From an uncultured Candidatus Saccharibacteria bacterium (lineage in GTDB: Bacteria > Patescibacteriota > Dojkabacteria > SC72), in NCBI GenBank assembly GCA_964621195.1, contig CAZULJ010000004.1, positions 16,620-80,619 on the forward strand: 64,000 nt of DNA. The letters are read 5' to 3'. The notes beneath the pieces are model-generated. The model saw only the letters and a program-made list of their open reading frames with translations. It was not told where the DNA came from and ran no database searches. Of the stretch, positions 19,381-29,560 are shown piece after piece (positions within the stretch are counted from its first letter, which is position 1; every line of letters begins with the position of its first letter). A program made the position numbers and the translations under genes.

Positions 19381-20808
19381 TTACTTTAGTTCGAACTCTT
19401 CATTTAACTTAGGTACATCAGTATCAATATTTAACTCTGTTTGTATATTACCCGCAAAACCAATAGCTATTTCCTCATCACCATGGGTTATAAAGATCTT
19501 CTTAGGTGTATGACCAAAACTTCTTAACCAATATCTTAAATCTCTTTGATCTGCATGGGCAGAGAAGCCTCCTAAAGTATGAATTTGAGCATTTACCTCT
19601 ATCTGTTGCCCCATTACAGTTATTTCTTTTTCCCCATTAACAAGCCTTCTTCCTAAGGTCCCTTCAACTTGATAACCAACAAATATCATATGCGTATTGG
19701 GCTTATGTATATGATTTTTAATGTGATGAACTATTCTTCCACCAGTACACATACCACTACCTGCGATAATAACTACGCCAGATTTTGATATCAGTCTCTT
19801 CGATTCTTCGGCAGAATCTATAGTGAAAAGTCCTGGGAAATTAAAAGGATCGTCACCTTTATCCAAAAGCCTTCTGGCGTCCTCATCGTAAAAAGTAGGA
19901 TACTGCTTAAATACTGCAGTAGCTTTTGAAGCCATAGGGCTATCTAGATATATTGGAACTTGGTTAAGTAATTTGTTTTCGACAAACAAATTTATCTCAT
20001 ACAAAAGCTCTTGTGTTCTTTCGATTGCAAATGATGGTATTAGTACATTACCACCCTCCTCCTGGGCCTGTTTAAGAATAGAGAGTAGCTCTAATACTGT
20101 CTCATCTTTGTTTTTATGCAATCTATTCCCATATGTAGCCTCACATATTACATAATCAGCCTCTCTGACTAGGTCGGGATCTCTAACAATTCTTGATCCT
20201 GGTTGACCCAAATCTCCTGAAAATACAATCTTCCTTTCTCTACCAGCTTCCGTATTTACCCAGAATTCAATCAATGCAGAACCAAGAATATGACCAGAGT
20301 CTCTAAATCTAAATTCAATACCATTATGCAAGTTAACTGATGCTCCATAAGGATATACTTCAAACAGCCTAATCATCTCCTCAACATCTTGTTCAGAGAA
20401 TAGTGGCTTTCTCTTCTCATACAAAGATCCTTCAGCAGCAGAACCTCTAAAGGATTCCTCTCTCCTACTTTTAGATTCCCATCTCTCATAAGATTCAAGC
20501 TGTAGCTTTGCTGCGTCTAAAAGTACAATCTTTGCCAAATCCCTTGTTGGCTGTGTAGCAAAGATTCTACCCTTGAAACCCTGCTTAACAAGTACAGGAA
20601 TTCTCCCACAGTGATCAAAATGAGCATGTGTAAGAAATATTGCATCTAGTTCAGTAGGATTAAATGGGAAAGATTCATAGTTTAATGCTTCTAAATCATC
20701 TTTTCCCTGAAAAGCACCACAATCAACTAAGAATTTAAACTCACCAGTATCAACGTAATAACAAGATCCAGTAACTGTTCTTGTAGCTCCACAAAATTTT
20801 ATCTTCAT
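19381..20808 (-). CDS. MBL-fold beta-CASP ribonuclease
   Basis: VTGSC, THAHFDHCG, GHILGS, SGDLG, EATYG, AGSGMCTGGR, FSAHAD. Confidence 0.92.
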   Translation of the reverse strand: MKIKFCGATRTVTGSCYYVDTGEFKFLVDCGAFQGKDDLEALNYESFPFNPTELDAIFLTHAHFDHCGRIPVLVKQGFKGRIFATQPTRDLAKIVLLDAAKLQLESYERWESKSRREESFRGSAAEGSLYEKRKPLFSEQDVEEMIRLFEVYPYGASVNLHNGIEFRFRDSGHILGSALIEFWVNTEAGRERKIVFSGDLGQPGSRIVRDPDLVREADYVICEATYGNRLHKNKDETVLELLSILKQAQEEGGNVLIPSFAIERTQELLYEINLFVENKLLNQVPIYLDSPMASKATAVFKQYPTFYDEDARRLLDKGDDPFNFPGLFTIDSAEESKRLISKSGVVIIAGSGMCTGGRIVHHIKNHIHKPNTHMIFVGYQVEGTLGRRLVNGEKEITVMGQQIEVNAQIHTLGGFSAHADQRDLRYWLRSFGHTPKKIFITHGDEEIAIGFAGNIQTELNIDTDVPKLNEEFELK

Positions 20809-20843
20809 CTCGGGCAGTCTAGAAATTAATTAACATCTAAATA

Positions 20844-22262
20844 TTACAACATACGTCTGGCTTCCTCCAGCAATTTTTCTTTTGTATTCAAAAGAGGATC
20901 CTCAATTACCATATCTAGAAGGTTTTTCAATATCTCCCCCATCTTAGGACCAGGCTCCACCCCTATACCCCTCAAATCCTCCCCACTTATATCTAAATCT
21001 GTAATCTTAAGGGCCATATCCTCCTGTCGAACTCTTGAAATGTGCTTTTGTAACTCTTCTAACTCTGTTGGCTTAAATGCAGAACTAGGATTTGAACTAG
21101 CATCCGCAATTCTTAGTTTAAAAAGATCTTCAACATTCTCATCACCAACCCTTTTTAAAAATCTTCGAACAGCAGCATCACTCCATTGAGTTAACAGTAT
21201 TTTCTCCATATCCTCATGACTTACCTCCCCTTCAATATGAGGGTAGTAGAACATATGATTCTGAACCAAATTCTTTACTCTATTAATTTCTGAGTTAGGA
21301 AATTTCATTCTCTTAAGAATACTTTCCACCATATCAGCACCCATTTTGTCATGACCATAGAAGTGACCATTACCCATATCTGTACGTGGCTTTGCAATAT
21401 CATGCAACAATGCAGCAAGCTTAACGCTATCCTCTGCAGCATCACAAGTTTTTAAACTATGCCAATATACATCATGGGCATGATACAATTTCTGTTCAAC
21501 ACCATAGCCCTCCAAAAGCTCTGGCAAAAATATATTTAACAGGCCAGTTACTCTTAAAAGCTCTATACCCTTAGAAGGCTTGGAAGAGTTTAACAAAAGC
21601 TTCATAAACTCATCCCTTATTCTTTCCATAGAGACCTGCTTGGCAACAGGTAGTGCCTCTTTAATAGCAAGAAGTGTCTCCTCCTCTATTTCAAAATCAA
21701 GTTGAGAAGCAAGTCGACAAGCCTTAAAAGCACGCAAACCATCCTCCTTAAATCTTTCAAGAGGAGTACCTACAGCTCTTATCAATTTCAGATTAATATC
21801 GGTAATACCACCAAAAGGATCATAGATATTCCACTCCTGATCCTGCACATTCCCCTCGATAGTAGCATTAGATAAATCCATAGCCATTGCATTGATAGTA
21901 AAATCCCTTCTTCCAAGATCCAAATCAAGATCATTTACAAACTGGACTTTAGTTGGCCATCTTCCATCAACATAATCAGATTCACTTCTAAAAGTAGTTA
22001 CCTCAACCTGTTTTGTTTCTCCAGACTCATCTGGAACAAGCGCAAGAACAGTACCAAATTTCGCACCAGTAGATACAGACTTAGGAAAAATCTCTAACAT
22101 CTCATCTGGCTGAGCATTTGTAGCTAAATCGTAATCATGAGGTATCTTACCCATTAAAATATCTCTTAGAGCACCACCTACTAGGTAAACATCATAGCCC
22201 TCTTTACTAAGCGTTCTCGCTACTTTTTGTACATATGATGGTATTGTATATCGTATTTTCAT
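20844..22262 (-). CDS. cca: CCA tRNA nucleotidyltransferase with HD domain
   Basis: VGGALRD..DYDLAT, RRDFTINAMA, EDGLR, ERIRDE, ALLHDIAKP; ATG 22262 overlaps the upstream TGA. Confidence 0.9.
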   Translation of the reverse strand: MKIRYTIPSYVQKVARTLSKEGYDVYLVGGALRDILMGKIPHDYDLATNAQPDEMLEIFPKSVSTGAKFGTVLALVPDESGETKQVEVTTFRSESDYVDGRWPTKVQFVNDLDLDLGRRDFTINAMAMDLSNATIEGNVQDQEWNIYDPFGGITDINLKLIRAVGTPLERFKEDGLRAFKACRLASQLDFEIEEETLLAIKEALPVAKQVSMERIRDEFMKLLLNSSKPSKGIELLRVTGLLNIFLPELLEGYGVEQKLYHAHDVYWHSLKTCDAAEDSVKLAALLHDIAKPRTDMGNGHFYGHDKMGADMVESILKRMKFPNSEINRVKNLVQNHMFYYPHIEGEVSHEDMEKILLTQWSDAAVRRFLKRVGDENVEDLFKLRIADASSNPSSAFKPTELEELQKHISRVRQEDMALKITDLDISGEDLRGIGVEPGPKMGEILKNLLDMVIEDPLLNTKEKLLEEARRML

Positions 22263-23443
22263 TTTCTTCTTTTCCTTAGGAAATAGTACCAAAGTATTGA
22301 TACAACAACAAGGAAGGAAAATCCGATAACTAGATATTTTGGGAAATAGAATATACCAGTTTTTGGGAGAACAGCTAAACCCAAAACTTGCTCGAAATCA
22401 TCTTTTACCTCAGGGTTTTCTACCTCCCCCTCATTATTTACAACATCCATCTTTATAACGTCGGAATATATTTCATATGGTATCCTTTCTATACAAAAAG
22501 ATTCCACAAAAGGCTTAACTCTAGAAGATACATAGTTTAGCGATTGCCCATTTAAGGATCTCACACCATACATAATTGCGGACTCACCAACTATATTTGA
22601 TTCCTGATTCTCACCAACAACTGCACACTCTCTAACAGTATTTGGATTTGATATTTTTGCATAACCGAAATCTGTTTCATCAGAGATATCGAGAACATAT
22701 TCATACATACACTCCTCATATGGCAGGAAATCCCTTGTCAAAGAGTATTCACCATGCTCAAAAAGTATATCTTCTTCATAGCTTTCAGTTATATTTCTAA
22801 CATACACACGCAAAAGCACTCTTCCATTCAATACTTCTGCCTCCCATCTCTCAAAAATTATTGGAGAGATAACCTGCAAAGAATCAAGCCTGAAAAAGCC
22901 CGAAGAGGCCTCATTCACAATACCAAGTCCCTCATATCTATGGACAAAACCACCCCTGGGATAGTTCCAAGATATAACCCGAAATGGAACTTCCTCAAAA
23001 TCTCCCTCCACATTTACAACCCTTCTAAGATCACCTCTTGATCTATCATATCTTGAAAGAAAAAGATTCAAGGATTCAATATATACCTCTCCATCTGACA
23101 TATTTTGATAGAAATAGACTACATCGACAGTAGCGCCAGGAGGTAAAGAAACTGAATCATATACGCCTGGACGTCTAACTAAGCCGTATAAAGTATCGAA
23201 ATATACAAACTCATCAAAGAATGAAGCTCCATACAAAAGAGATGAACTACTTCCAGAAATGCTATTGGAATTAAAATTTATACAGTTAGGACAGACTCCT
23301 GGGTCAGGAACACTCCCAATACCAAAAGCTACAGTATCATAGAATCTGTTTTCTATTAGGTCACCACTTGGAAAGAAATTATCTGCATATAAATAGGAGG
23401 AAAAACAAAGAAGCAATACAAAGGAGAAAAATACAGATCTCAT
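22259..23443 (-). CDS. Exported protein with LPKTG sorting-signal-like C-terminus
   Basis: Signal peptide; LPKTG-TM-RKRRK C-terminus. Confidence 0.7.
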   Translation of the reverse strand: MRSVFFSFVLLLCFSSYLYADNFFPSGDLIENRFYDTVAFGIGSVPDPGVCPNCINFNSNSISGSSSSLLYGASFFDEFVYFDTLYGLVRRPGVYDSVSLPPGATVDVVYFYQNMSDGEVYIESLNLFLSRYDRSRGDLRRVVNVEGDFEEVPFRVISWNYPRGGFVHRYEGLGIVNEASSGFFRLDSLQVISPIIFERWEAEVLNGRVLLRVYVRNITESYEEDILFEHGEYSLTRDFLPYEECMYEYVLDISDETDFGYAKISNPNTVRECAVVGENQESNIVGESAIMYGVRSLNGQSLNYVSSRVKPFVESFCIERIPYEIYSDVIKMDVVNNEGEVENPEVKDDFEQVLGLAVLPKTGIFYFPKYLVIGFSFLVVVSILWYYFLRKRRK

Positions 23444-23514
23444 ACTCTATTGGAAACAAGTTATATACCCAAAGATGGTACATACCAAATATGAAGAAAT
23501 CTTGAAAAATATAA

Positions 23515-23604
23515 TGGCGGAGAGAGTGGGATTCGAACCCACGGTACGGAAACCCGTACAACGGTTTTCAAGACCGTCACATTCGACCACTCTGTCATCT
23601 CTCC
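23515..23604 (-). tRNA. tRNA-Ser(TGA), CCA encoded
   Basis: GGAGAGA/TCTCTCC-G-CCA, ACGGT-CTTGAAA-ACCGT, long variable arm, GGTTCGAATCC. Confidence 0.96.
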
Positions 23605-23688
23605 AAGTAGCTCGGAAATTATATCATGCCTTCTTACTTTTTTCCCATATTTGACTACTTACGAATGATTACAATATCATTTTGATAT

Positions 23689-25587
23689 ATGAACATACAA
23701 AGATACCTTAAGATAATTGCAATATTGATCCCATCAATACTACTCTCCATTCCTGCAATATCCTTTGCTGCAGAGCTCGATTCAACAAACTTTAAAATCG
23801 TGGGAGCAACTACTCAAGGGGGGGGAATTGTAGAATCAACATCCGGCAATTACAGTGCCCTACTAAATGTTGGCTCAATCTCTAGTGACCCAAGAATATA
23901 TTCCACCTTGTATAAAGTAGGATCAAGCCCTGAGACACCATTCTTACCATCCGCCCCTATAATTTCATGTTTTGATGCCACCAGCACAAGCCATAGTGAG
24001 TGTTCAATCGGATCCTCTGGGATATCTTCTGCTGGTATGACTAGCCTTTGCGGAGATGGCGGTTGTTATGACAAAGCTAGATTCGAACTATCAGATTACC
24101 CCTATCACTATCAAACAAATGACTCAAGATTGGTTTCTTACTGGCCCATGGATGAACTTGCGAATGATACCTGCGCTGGAGGACAAGATGTCTGTGACCT
24201 AAAAAGTAGCAATCATGGTACTGATTACGGTGCAGGGATTACGACTGGAAGATTCGCAAGGGGCAGAGAGTTCACAGGAGGTACAGACTATTTAGATATG
24301 GGTAATAACTCTTCGCTAGATCTAACCTCACAAGGAACAATATCTGTTTGGGTAAAATCAGATAGGACATACCCTAGCGATGATGCAACAACTAAATTCA
24401 GGTGGATTCTCTACAAAACAAATGGTGGTGGAGTTGGGGAACAAAGTTATTGGTTTGACTGGTATGGAACAAATACTTCAAGAACCTTTAGAGCAAGAAT
24501 CTCTAATGCTGCAGGCGCATCAAATGGTTTTTCAATCTCTAACTATGACATGGGAACAGAGTGGAAACACTTTGTATTAACTTTCGATGGCTCTCTAGTT
24601 AAGTTATTTATAAATGGCACCCTATACGGGAGTGTAACACAAACAATTAGTGCTCAAGTAATAACAGCTCCGGTAAAAATTGGTGGTGCGTATGGATGGG
24701 ACGGATTAATTGACGAGGTAATGATATACAATCAAGCGTTAAGTGACAGTGAAGTAGAAGCTCTCTATCAAGAAACCGCATTAGCTGTAAATCCTGCAGA
24801 CACACTCTACTCTGTTATGATATCTACAGATAACTTTGTATCTGATATTCGATATATCGACTCTTCCACATTTATGCCCGAAAGTATTTCAACCCACAAT
24901 CTTTCCGACTTTATGCCAGAGGATAACTGGGAAGCAGAATTGTTAAACCTAAAGGGATTAGAACCAAATACCACCTACTACCTAAGAGCTGTTGCCCTCC
25001 AAGGATCTTTTACGCAAACAGAACCTGGTCCTGTTCGATCTACTACTACGGGTATCCCAGAAGTATTCTTCGATATAGATATTGCAGATGAATCTGGGTA
25101 TACAGCAGAAAGCTCTCCCCCACACTCTATACAATTTACTGGAGCATATGAACTGATCGGAGGGTCTGCCGCAATTACTGCACAAAATAGAATTTGGTTA
25201 GACGGAAATACCAACTCAAGTGGAGGATACGCCATCATTATGAATGGAACAAATGGTGGTCTATATAGCCCCACCACATTACAGACTATAACCTCGGCGA
25301 CAGCAGATCTTAATGGTGTAAGTTCTGGATTTGGATTACAAAGTGAATATATAGATTACAGTACCGATGGACCAACCCTTGGGTTTATATCCTCAACTAC
25401 AGACTATAGCGGAACAGGTAACGAGGTCGGAATTATTTCTACAACAGCCAACAAAATATATGACGCAGATGGCCCAATTATTGATGGTAGAATGGCATTA
25501 AAAGTGATTGCAAAACCAGGTACCTCATATACTGCTGCCACTGACTATTCAGAGACAATATTCCTAATCTTCGTTCCTAGATATTAA
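23689..25587 (+). CDS. Exported LamG/concanavalin-A-like protein with FN3-like segment and WxL/pilin-like C-terminal domain
   Basis: Signal peptide; LVSYWPMDE..GTISVWVK..WKHFVLTFDG..GLIDEVMIYNQALS; LKGLEPNTTYYLRA; ends DYSETIFLIFVPRY. Confidence 0.75.
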   Translation: MNIQRYLKIIAILIPSILLSIPAISFAAELDSTNFKIVGATTQGGGIVESTSGNYSALLNVGSISSDPRIYSTLYKVGSSPETPFLPSAPIISCFDATSTSHSECSIGSSGISSAGMTSLCGDGGCYDKARFELSDYPYHYQTNDSRLVSYWPMDELANDTCAGGQDVCDLKSSNHGTDYGAGITTGRFARGREFTGGTDYLDMGNNSSLDLTSQGTISVWVKSDRTYPSDDATTKFRWILYKTNGGGVGEQSYWFDWYGTNTSRTFRARISNAAGASNGFSISNYDMGTEWKHFVLTFDGSLVKLFINGTLYGSVTQTISAQVITAPVKIGGAYGWDGLIDEVMIYNQALSDSEVEALYQETALAVNPADTLYSVMISTDNFVSDIRYIDSSTFMPESISTHNLSDFMPEDNWEAELLNLKGLEPNTTYYLRAVALQGSFTQTEPGPVRSTTTGIPEVFFDIDIADESGYTAESSPPHSIQFTGAYELIGGSAAITAQNRIWLDGNTNSSGGYAIIMNGTNGGLYSPTTLQTITSATADLNGVSSGFGLQSEYIDYSTDGPTLGFISSTTDYSGTGNEVGIISTTANKIYDADGPIIDGRMALKVIAKPGTSYTAATDYSETIFLIFVPRY

Positions 25588-25682
25588 GTCAAAATATCTA
25601 TTGACATGGTTGATTGGTATATGTAATCTGTAATCATAATACTAGTTTGTTTTTTTTACTCTAATTTTTAACTCTGCCCAAT

Positions 25683-26804
25683 GTGAGAAGTCTAGGAACT
25701 CTCTTAAGGATAGCGATACCAACATTTTTGATAGTTGGGTTTACCTCATTTTTCATATTCTTTTCTGCACAAGCAGCCTCCCTTACTGCCGTATATATGT
25801 ACTACAGTAGAATTCAAGCTGGACTTAACGGTACTGGTGGGCAAGCAGTACAATTTGTACTAGCAGTTGCACCAGCACAAAATATGGGATCTGGTGGTAC
25901 AATCACAATTGAGTATCCAGATGCAGCCGATGGAACTTGGTGTAGAGGTGCTGGAGCATTAGGAATTTCTGCAGTTGCATCCTCAGAGGCAGACTTGGCA
26001 ATAACATACTGGGATATTGACTCTGCTCTTCCAAACAGTGGTACTGCACTTGCAGCTGCATGTACACAAGGTTCTGGAACAAGCTCGGTAGATACAATAA
26101 CTATTACAAATGTCGGAGCATTAACAGCAGGTACAACATACGGTGTTCAGATTTCTAGCAGCACTGGAGTATTGGGAACCAATGGTACTGCTGGTCAGCA
26201 TGAAATAACTGTAACTGTTGAGAGTGGTGCAACTATTGACTCAAAGACCTTCAAGATTTCATTAGTATCTAATGACTCTGTAGTCGTTAGTGCTACAGTA
26301 TCTGACGCCCCAAGTGTAAACTGTTCAATAAGTACGAATACTGTAAACTTAGGAACCCTTTACCCTGGTGGTGCATATGCAATAGGAACTCATACTATCT
26401 CTACCTCTGCAACTTCTGGATATTACTGGGCTGCATACGGCACGGGAGATGGTTCAACAGATGCTGGTCTTTACAAATCGACCGCCACTACATACTTAAT
26501 AGCATCGGGGACAACTGCAACCTTAGATCTTACAGTCGCTGGTAGTGAAGGTTTCGGAATGACCGTATCAGATCCAGATAGTACTGGTGGCGCCGTAGTA
26601 TCTACAAACTTTGTTGATACAACAGCTGGAACCTTTGGTACACTCGATAGGTTGTATAGTGGAGCAAAGATGATTCTTTCACAAAATGGTGCACAGGGTA
26701 CATCTGAAAATGCTACAATTACATACGGTGCAAGAGCAAGCGCATCAGCACCTGCTGGTTCATACCAAGAAACTGTAACCTTCATTTGTGGTGGTTACTA
26801 CTAG
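25683..26804 (+). CDS. Exported Ser/Thr/Gly/Ala-rich beta protein with WxL/pilin-like C-terminal domain
   Basis: Signal peptide ending AQA-A; ends PAGSYQETVTFICGGYY; C-domain similar to that of the upstream gene; own promoter TTGACA(25601)-N17-TAATCT. Confidence 0.65.
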   Translation: MRSLGTLLRIAIPTFLIVGFTSFFIFFSAQAASLTAVYMYYSRIQAGLNGTGGQAVQFVLAVAPAQNMGSGGTITIEYPDAADGTWCRGAGALGISAVASSEADLAITYWDIDSALPNSGTALAAACTQGSGTSSVDTITITNVGALTAGTTYGVQISSSTGVLGTNGTAGQHEITVTVESGATIDSKTFKISLVSNDSVVVSATVSDAPSVNCSISTNTVNLGTLYPGGAYAIGTHTISTSATSGYYWAAYGTGDGSTDAGLYKSTATTYLIASGTTATLDLTVAGSEGFGMTVSDPDSTGGAVVSTNFVDTTAGTFGTLDRLYSGAKMILSQNGAQGTSENATITYGARASASAPAGSYQETVTFICGGYY

Positions 26805-26814
26805 TACTTAGATA

Positions 26815-27777
26815 ATGATATTGAAAATACTTAAGGAATATAACAGAATATTTTTACTGCCCACAATTTTACTCTGTTTAAGTGTGATACCAACATTCGC
26901 ACAGAGTAGTCTTTCAATTGGCGTCTCCCCTACTTCCAAAGTATTAAAAGTTCAACCAGGAGATACATATACTGATGAGGTTGTCTTCTGGAATCTTTCA
27001 CAAGATGCAGACACCTATCAAATCTATGTAAGAGGCTTTAGACAGATAGAGAATCAACCAGGAACAGCAATAATTCTAACCGATGAAGAGGAAGCAAAAT
27101 CTTTGTACTCCGCATCAAAGTGGGTAACACTTGAGAAAGATACTTTAACTCTTGAGCCTAACAAGAATACAAAGCTTAGATATACAATTAATGTTCCTTT
27201 AGATGTTACAGAGGGTGAATACAACGCTCAAATATTTCTAATATCTGAATCTGCAGGAGGAACACAAGGTTCCGTTACATTTGCAAACTTAGCAGCTGGC
27301 ATGCCCCTACTACTTCAGATAGGTGACGAATTTGTAGAGAATGCTGAGCTTCTAAGGTTCACAAGTGACAAGAAGACTTACGAGAAGATAAATATAGATT
27401 TTCTAACACAAATAAAGAATTTAGGAGATACACATATAACACCCACAGGTGAGATTGTAGTAGAAAATATATTTAAACAAGAAGTGGCGAGAATACCATT
27501 CAACAGAAATAGACAAAGCTTACTAAGAGATAATCTAGGCAACTATATAGACAACTGGAGCCAACCAGGATATCTCTCCCCTAACAATGCCCTCGCAATT
27601 GGACCAATGAAGGCTACACTTCTAGTGACATATAGAAGTATACAGCCAGGATTTGCTACTCTCTCTTCTGAGATCTCTTTCTGGATAATTCCTTGGAAGA
27701 TTCTTTTGGCTATTCTCTTACCTATCCTTACTGCTATAATTGTAGTAATAAGTAAGAAAAGACTAAAAAGAAGATAA
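26815..27777 (+). CDS. DUF916/DUF3324-like (WxL-interacting) membrane-anchored protein
   Basis: GVSP..VQPG..FWN, WVTL..TLTLEP..YTINVP..GEY, KNLGDTHITPTGEI, FWIIPW-TM-basic tail. Confidence 0.65.
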   Translation: MILKILKEYNRIFLLPTILLCLSVIPTFAQSSLSIGVSPTSKVLKVQPGDTYTDEVVFWNLSQDADTYQIYVRGFRQIENQPGTAIILTDEEEAKSLYSASKWVTLEKDTLTLEPNKNTKLRYTINVPLDVTEGEYNAQIFLISESAGGTQGSVTFANLAAGMPLLLQIGDEFVENAELLRFTSDKKTYEKINIDFLTQIKNLGDTHITPTGEIVVENIFKQEVARIPFNRNRQSLLRDNLGNYIDNWSQPGYLSPNNALAIGPMKATLLVTYRSIQPGFATLSSEISFWIIPWKILLAILLPILTAIIVVISKKRLKRR

Positions 27778-28658
27778 TGAAATTCCTTAAAATATTCTTT
27801 ATATCAATATATCTTTTGATATCCTTCGGTAAAAATACCCTTTATGCAAACACCCTATCGCCTTCTATCAATGAGATAACAGTATCTCAAGGACAAAGAA
27901 CATACTCCACTGTAACTTTTCAAAATGATGGGGAAAAAGACACAGAAGTATTAATAAAGATATATTCATACAATCCTCAAACAGATGAAATATCAGAAAA
28001 TAGTGAGGATCTATTTCTTAAGGCTGACACAGATACATTTTTGATAGAGGCAGGACAGAAGAAAAGCATACAGTACGAAATAGCTCCGATATCAAATATG
28101 GAGTTAGGAACATACTTTAACCTACTCACACTCTTGCCCGAAGCAGACCCAGGAAACGTTTCAATAGCACAGGGGATCTCTCAACTAGTTGTATTAAATC
28201 TAGTATCTGCAGAAGACGAAGTATTGGGTATTACAACGAATGACTTCTCACCCAAAATCGAACTTGTAAGTAAAGGAATACCATATATACTTCCTTTAAA
28301 GATTAGATATATATATGTTAACCAATCAAATTTTGTTTTAACACCCTCTGGTAGGATAGAGGTATTTAACAAGAGGGGTGATTACATGCCAAAATATATA
28401 TATGTAAATCAAGAAGGCGAGAAATTATACCCAGGTGAGCAACTAGAAAAAACCGTTGAGATACATAACTGGCACCTATCAGATCTATTCTCAGACAGAT
28501 ATGTACTGGGAAACTTTACAAATGGTTTGGATAGTAATCCGAAACTTACAGAAATATCCGTACCTTCATATACAATTGAAATATTTGCAGCGCTTGTTGT
28601 ACTAATAGTAGGATATCTCTTTATCAAATCTCTTAGAGAAGACAAAAAGGGATCCTAG
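27777..28658 (+). CDS. Second DUF916-like membrane-anchored protein
   Basis: LSPSINEITV..G..TFQN, GTYFN, NQSNFVLTPSGRI, LYPGE, C-terminal TM; same architecture as the upstream gene. Confidence 0.55.
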   Translation: MKFLKIFFISIYLLISFGKNTLYANTLSPSINEITVSQGQRTYSTVTFQNDGEKDTEVLIKIYSYNPQTDEISENSEDLFLKADTDTFLIEAGQKKSIQYEIAPISNMELGTYFNLLTLLPEADPGNVSIAQGISQLVVLNLVSAEDEVLGITTNDFSPKIELVSKGIPYILPLKIRYIYVNQSNFVLTPSGRIEVFNKRGDYMPKYIYVNQEGEKLYPGEQLEKTVEIHNWHLSDLFSDRYVLGNFTNGLDSNPKLTEISVPSYTIEIFAALVVLIVGYLFIKSLREDKKGS

Positions 28659-29554
28659 AACATCCCCAAAACCTCCTGTGTAGTCCTAAAGCCTATCTTC
28701 GCAACCTTATTTAATTCTTCAGGCCCATGAAGTTTTACAAACTCTTTTGCAGACTCTACAACATTAGAAGCACCCTTGGGGAAATTAAAGTAATACTCCT
28801 TGTTCATTCTGTCCCACTCTTCTAAAAATACCCCTCTCGCAATTATAGATGCTGCAGCGACAGCAATATCTGATTCCCCTTTATGGAATTGAATAAGGTT
28901 TACAACCTTACCTAATTCGCCAAGCTCACTTGTAACCCTGTTTTTAGAAGATGAGAATTGGTCTATAACAACGGTATTGCATTCAATATCCTTGGACCTA
29001 AGATCAGAAAGCCCCTTCTCTATTACAAGACTATGCTGTTTTGCTAAAAGAACAGAAGCATTGTTATACTTTTTAGAAAGATCATTGTATTCTTGAGGTG
29101 ATACAACAGACACATAGTAGTGTGGATACCCTTTTATCGATTCAAACATTTTCCTAATTTTACAGTCTGTAAATTTTTTAGAATCTCCAAATCCTAAAAG
29201 AGAAACCTTCTTTGCAAATTCTTCATCTACAAAACATGAGGCTACAACCAAAGGACCAAAGTAATCACCCTTACCTACTTCATCTACTCCAAGATGAGGT
29301 ACAAAATTTTCTAATGATATGCCGTTTTCTTCTTCCTGTATATTTGCAATTATACTAGTAAAATCCTCACCTCCTTGAAAAACAAGCTTCCCACTTAGAT
29401 ACAGTATAGCCAAAGAACCCCTCGGACTCCTAAATCTAAATTCAACATACTGATTACTATCAAACTCCAATACCCAATCATTAGCTAAAAGGACATCTTT
29501 AACTCTCCCATGATCATTCTTTTTAACAGATATTGTGAAGGTATTGTTTGCCAT
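28655..29554 (-). CDS. rnhC: Ribonuclease HIII
   Basis: TBP-like N-domain (YLSGKLVFQG), GVDEVGKGDYFGPLV, DSKK, IDQF, VAAASIIAR. Confidence 0.93.
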   Translation of the reverse strand: MANNTFTISVKKNDHGRVKDVLLANDWVLEFDSNQYVEFRFRSPRGSLAILYLSGKLVFQGGEDFTSIIANIQEEENGISLENFVPHLGVDEVGKGDYFGPLVVASCFVDEEFAKKVSLLGFGDSKKFTDCKIRKMFESIKGYPHYYVSVVSPQEYNDLSKKYNNASVLLAKQHSLVIEKGLSDLRSKDIECNTVVIDQFSSSKNRVTSELGELGKVVNLIQFHKGESDIAVAAASIIARGVFLEEWDRMNKEYYFNFPKGASNVVESAKEFVKLHGPEELNKVAKIGFRTTQEVLGMF

Positions 29555-29560
29555 ATATCT

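Noticed and set aside
23379-23561. 60-aa ORF, and similar ORFs at 52960-53142 and 54348-54635
   Set aside because: These are translations across tRNA genes.
22259-28658. Genomic island integrated at tRNA-Ser
   Set aside because: No integrase and no duplicated tRNA 3' end found; the surface cluster lies on the 5' side of the tRNA.
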